From positions 325,571 through 389,570 of the forward strand of contig RHPI01001517.1 in assembly GCA_009103225.1 (NCBI GenBank): DNA of 64,000 nucleotides, written 5' to 3'. A program made the translations under genes and the position numbers. The notes beneath the pieces are model-generated. The model had not been told where the DNA came from, did not search any database, and saw only the letters and a program-made list of their open reading frames with translations. This DNA comes from Chlorokybus atmophyticus. Lineage: Eukaryota > Plantae > Mesostigma and Chlorokybus algae. The stretch's first letter is position 1, and each line of letters begins with the position of its first letter. Below are positions 59,262-64,000 of the stretch, one piece after another.

Positions 59262-62200
59262 TCAAGCTCTTGACAACGATGCTCGATGCCTCTTTCTCGG
59301 AGACTGCCAGATCATGCTATGCGGCGCCTCCATGGAATGCTCCACCACCAGCCACTTGCGCGATGTCGCAAACTTTACCAATATGAGAGCAATCTGCTGG
59401 TTGGTGAACTTGGCAAGGCAGTGCTCCTCCCTTGGCAAGGTTGTGATCTGGTTGCCATACACACTCCTCCAGGCCCTGTAGACCTCAAGCATTTTTTCTC
59501 TCGTAGGTGTGTCACCGTCTCTATCTCCACAGCACATTCCAGCCCAATTCAACAACAAAGGATTCTCGGACCAATCCTGCAAGCAGACTTGTGTTTAAAC
59601 CCAGCACAACGCAACAATACACAGAAGGCTAATCAAGCGCAGCAAGACCCAGCAAAACCAGTCAAGCCTAGCCAATCTTGCAGGTAAACTTTTGTTAAAC
59701 CCAGCACAACCCAGCAACAACAACACCGAGAAGACCAGTCAAGCGCAGCAAGACCCAATATAAACCAGTTAAGCCTAGTCAAACTCAGCAAGACACAGGT
59801 AGAAAACTTAGCCTAGAGTTTACCTTGTCCCGAGTCTGCGCTTGCGGCCGTCGCGTATCCTGAAGCTGAGATTGGAAGCACATCGACCCTGTCCCCGCAC
59901 CTTCGCCTTCATGACAGCTGTTGCATTGGCAAGGCCATGTCTCTGCAACCAGAGATGCTGGCCAAGCTATCGTACGACCCTGCGCAAGCACCACCAGTCA
60001 CTCACATCTTGCACGCTGTTTAAACTTGCCTCATACATCCTCAGACAGGCTAAGTGCTGCACAGACTCACCTCAATGGTGTGCACCAGCGATTCCTCGTT
60101 TACAACCTTGCCGGCATACCCATCCGTCTCACGTACCGGCATAAACAGCTGTCCGTATTCATTCTCCCCTACACATACTTCAAACCACTCTGTGATCTTG
60201 ACTTTATAGCTCCGCCATGGAACTTCCTCGTCAAAGATCTCCAGCACATCGCCCCTCCCCACCGGGTACATGTACGGCTAGTCTTGATCTTCGTAGCGCC
60301 CATTAATCCTGCATATAATCAATTGCATCCCCAAGTGCAAACGAACACAAGCATTAATACTTGCACACATTTAAGTCAGTAGGTGACCCAAGACATAGAC
60401 CTGCTGACCTAAACTTACGAGTGTTTGCGCCAATGATCTGTCAGCATGTCTTCGGTGGGTGGTTGTGGTGTTACCAAGGCCAGTAATACAGCGTTGACGC
60501 CAGCTTCGCAGTCCACCAAGGTGAACTCAGGTCCTAGAGCGGTGATGGTGCTGGACATGCGTCGGGTGTTACGGTGACCACCGTTTTCAGCTGTTGCCTG
60601 CGCACGCTTCTCCTGCTGTTCTTTTTTGCGGTCTTCTTGGGTCTTTCCCTTTCCTCGAGTCCCTCTCCGCACCGTATTAGACAACTCGGTGATCTGTTCC
60701 TTTATGTATTCTGTCAAAGCACAGAACTTCAACTCACAAGATCAGCTTACAGCTCAGCAAGAGGCCAGCGACACCAGCAACTTCAACAAGACACGCCCAG
60801 CACACCAGACCCAGCAGACTCAGCAAATCCGGCAATCCCAATAGACTCAGCAATTCCAGCAGACCCAGCATACCATCAGCTAGACCAACAATTACAAGTC
60901 ACATGGAGAAGCTTTTAACTGGAGAGTTAAAGCAAAAAGACTCAAGCACAAGACTGACATAAAAGCTCTTACTTGTTGGCCATGTTAGGCAGTGGCCGTT
61001 GATCTGCAGTGGTGTGTGTTCGTCGAGGACCTCGGCAATCACCGCGTCGCGACGCTGCATGTCTTCCTCCTGTCGCAAGCGGAAATCTACCATCAACAAC
61101 TCTGGGTTGTCAGGGAAGTGCTCTGCTATCTTCCTTTTCAGCAGCTTGATGTTTTCCATGTGCGTATGGTACTGCGCCGGGTAGTGTCGCTGGAGGAAAG
61201 TCTTTCCCGATGGTTCGTTGTGGTCCTTTTTGGTTCTGAAGCACTTTAGTTCCAGAAGGGTTTTCTCCCGCGCAGCACTCTCTGCTGTGACATCGTGGCT
61301 TCCATGGCGACGGATATGATCAAGAATGTGCCCTGCACCAGCCACATGCTCCAAAGGTTTGCTGTTGCTGCCAAAGCAGTCCTCGGAGTTGAGTCTCCAA
61401 TACCTTAGGAGCGAGTCTGCCAGGCGTAGGTTGTCGGCAGTCCAACCATACAGCCTAGAATGTCTGTAGAACAACTGCATAATCTTGTGCAGTGCCATGC
61501 ACACATCGCGACGCTCTTTGCCCACGAGATCTGTCAGCACATAGGGTGCACAGTCTTGCATAAACTTTTGGTAGTCCTCAGCCTTCCAGAATCCAAGCCG
61601 ATCCGTGACACCGCTCGGAAAACGTCCAGACCGCATCTCCTTGGTTCTTGCAGCCATGAAGTCCTTTAAGCGTGCCTCCACAAGTTCTAGCTGAGCAAAG
61701 CGCTCTTCTCCTCCCTTGAAAAGTGTCGCTGCGCACAGACCCTTTGCAAGGCCTTCGCAAAGTGTGTGCATGACATCGTAGACTAGATCCTTCAGTGGAT
61801 CAAAGCCGTACAGGTCATAAAGTCGCCAGAGCTTGCTCCTGCCGGTGACCCCAAGTTTTTGGGATAGCTCTTTTACTTTTGTTTTTGGCGCAGACTCCAA
61901 CTCCTAAATGTTCGTCAAGGTTTGTTCTGCTGTACGCTCAGCAAAAGGATGTCTGGAGAGCCTCCAGTTGCTGCCATACTTGTACCGTGTCATGGTGTCT
62001 TTTTTGGGTTTTGCAGCTTGTCGGGGCTTGCTTGCCTTTTTACTAGATGCCTTGCGACCTTTCTTGTTCTTTTTGGACCTGCGTGAGGTGCTGGCAGGCT
62101 CTGCACCTTGAGCTTCATGCACCTTGGGTTTCAGAGCTACTTGGTGTGGCTCACCAACCAACCAGCAGCGCCGACAGGCACAGATGCCACCATCCTTCAT

Positions 62201-63659
62201 CTTCAGCACTTGGCATTGGGCAGGATGATCTCCAGCCCACAGCAGCAGCATAGCACGCAACTTTGTAGTGCTTCCTGCAATGTACATGGGAGTTGGGTTC
62301 TAGGACAAGTCTCAAGTCCTAGGACAGGGTCTAAAACGTTCTAGGACGAGTCTAAGACACGTTAATCTGTCATTTGGTCAAGCAGGCTGCTGGGTGTACC
62401 TGCTGCTTGTTGATGCAGGTTGTCCGCGACATCGGAAGTAGCAAGTCCGTACTCTGTGCCAAACCCTTCGATGTAAAGGGACTCTAACTCAGTCACCAGG
62501 GGTTCCAAGAACGGGTCCATGTTGTTAATCCCATTGGGTATCTGGTCTTTTGGCACAAAACCCACTGGCAGCAGCGAGGAGGTTTGCGTGCTTAAGAGCT
62601 TTCCACCGTTTAAGACTGCAACATTGATCATGAGGGTGCCTCGCTTGGTGGTTGTGGCAGTGCTGAAGCCATCCCAATGGGCAATAAAAGCCAGATTCCT
62701 CGGGTCTCCGGAGGCTTTCTGCCTGAGAGCAGAGGTCATCTGCTGGCACTGGGCGTTGCGACACTTGAAGACCCATGCATACCCATCTTTTGTCTCAGCA
62801 AAATGGTGTCCAGGACGATGAATTGTTCCACAGAACTCACATCTGACAGGCAGCCANAAGGACTTGTCTGGGTTCCAAAAATGAATTGTTCCACAGAACT
62901 CACATCTGACAGGCAGCCAAAAGGACTTGTCTGGGTTCCAAAAGTGCGAAAGCTCTCGCCAGCGGGAGCCATCCCAAGCCTCTTGCTGCGCTGCAGGAGG
63001 AACTGCAGGGTCTTTATCAAGCCATCTGTCGCATTCGCGCCATGATTGCAACCAGTCGTAGCAGATGGTAGGGCAACGAAACATCAGTTGCAGTCTAGCC
63101 TTGAGAGGTAGGTAGTAGTAGCTCACGCAGTCCTTGCGCAGGTTACCACAAGGACACTTCTCTTGCTGCATTGTCTTGCGTAACTTCTCACGCTGACGCC
63201 AAGTAGAGGACTCTTCGGTAACGTCATCGCCAAAGTCTCTCGGGTATGGCTTGCTGAAGAGGTAAGAGCAGTCCTTGCAAACGGAGTAGTGCAAAGGCAC
63301 TGGCATACCCATGCGATTGAACAGGCTGGTGGCAGTTTTGCAGGATGTTGGTAGCTTGCAACCCTCTGATTCCGGACTAAAGGTTTTCTTGGTGGCCATA
63401 CTGAGAAGAGAGTCATCGCCCTTGAACAGACAGGCCAGCAACTTGTTGATGCAGTCTTTCGACATACCACCCTCGTCGGCAATGGTCATGATGTTTAGGT
63501 ACTTGTCCATGTAAGACTTCTCGGGTTCTGGGTGCTCGGTAAGTGGGTCACTCTCTGCTGGTGCTACAGCAGGTGACACAACTTTGGGAATGGCCCGGAA
63601 CTGCTGAAGCACGCGGTCTTTGTGCAAGTGGATTTGGAAACTGAGTTCCTCTGCAGCAC
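59262..63659 (-). pseudogene. CACTA/EnSpm (CMC)-type Tnp2-like transposase, multi-exon, with premature stops; 5' exon(s) not located
   Basis: YYLPLKARLQLMF, WDGSRW, DPRNLAFIAHWDGF, FLEPLVTELESLY, LRAMLLLWAGDHPA, DVMHTLCEG, WKAEDY. GT-AG introns at 62275-62399 and 60309-60418 join in frame. TAG at 61904-61906 and at ~60280. Confidence 0.82.
62818..62943. repeat. 63-bp in-frame tandem duplication containing a single N
   Basis: 62818-62880 equals 62881-62943, n at 62857; likely an assembly join. Confidence 0.85.
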
Positions 63660-64000
63660 CTGTGACAGAAAAGCTTAGGATCTAGCCAAACACGCTGCCA
63701 ACGAAAGCCCTAAATGTTGAAGGACTAGCATGCACATGTAGTTGAGGCAAGCATGGATACACACGGACAGAGCTACCGCCACCAGAGCATACACAAGTCA
63801 CATCACATTCATCTATTACAAGTTGTCCGCTGGTTCTTATACCAGCCAGTTACACACACGTCTACGTTTGCAAGCACTGCGTAAGCTATACTCAGCTTTT
63901 TGACGCGCTTTAAGTTGCGTTGTCTTCCTTACAACTAGAGCTTTCCAACAAGCTCTTACACGCCCAATATGAGTAAGTATACGCGGAGATACGAAGCAGT

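Noticed and set aside
62818-62943. In-frame 21-aa duplication as a real protein feature
   Set aside because: The copies are identical apart from a single N, which is typical of a contig-overlap artefact; reads would be needed to accept it.

Overview
Eukaryotic, almost gene-free region packed with nested transposable elements; the element types suggest a green alga or early-diverging plant (inference, not provable from the sequence). Main components: (i) a partial minus-strand Ty3/Gypsy element at 1-4.6 kb carrying a Harbinger-type MITE; (ii) a DIRS-type tyrosine-recombinase retrotransposon (11.9-35.9 kb; ORF1/Gag, RT, RNase H, methyltransferase-like domain, YR) interrupted by a chromovirus (13368-30274), which itself holds a second chromovirus (15255-21294) and a near-intact Ty1/Copia (23509-28241), plus a 512-bp TRIM in the DIRS RT; (iii) a mosaic of further DIRS copies, ~2.2-2.3 kb gag-only Copia derivatives, a solo LTR and Gypsy/Copia relics (35.9-56 kb), including an AT-rich organelle-like insert with a group II intron domain V; (iv) a multi-intron CACTA/EnSpm-type transposase pseudogene with a subterminal repeat array (58.2-63.7 kb). 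Most insertion boundaries are supported by target-site duplications read directly from the sequence. The strongest leads are the TRIM whose Pol III-type box A and box B come together only across the 5' LTR/PBS junction, the DIRS family with hybrid terminal architecture, two gag-only Copia families, a methyltransferase-like domain between Gag and protease in one Gypsy, and a stop codon at the same RT/RNase H linker codon in two Copia subfamilies. All alignments and identities were done by eye; no database searches were run.
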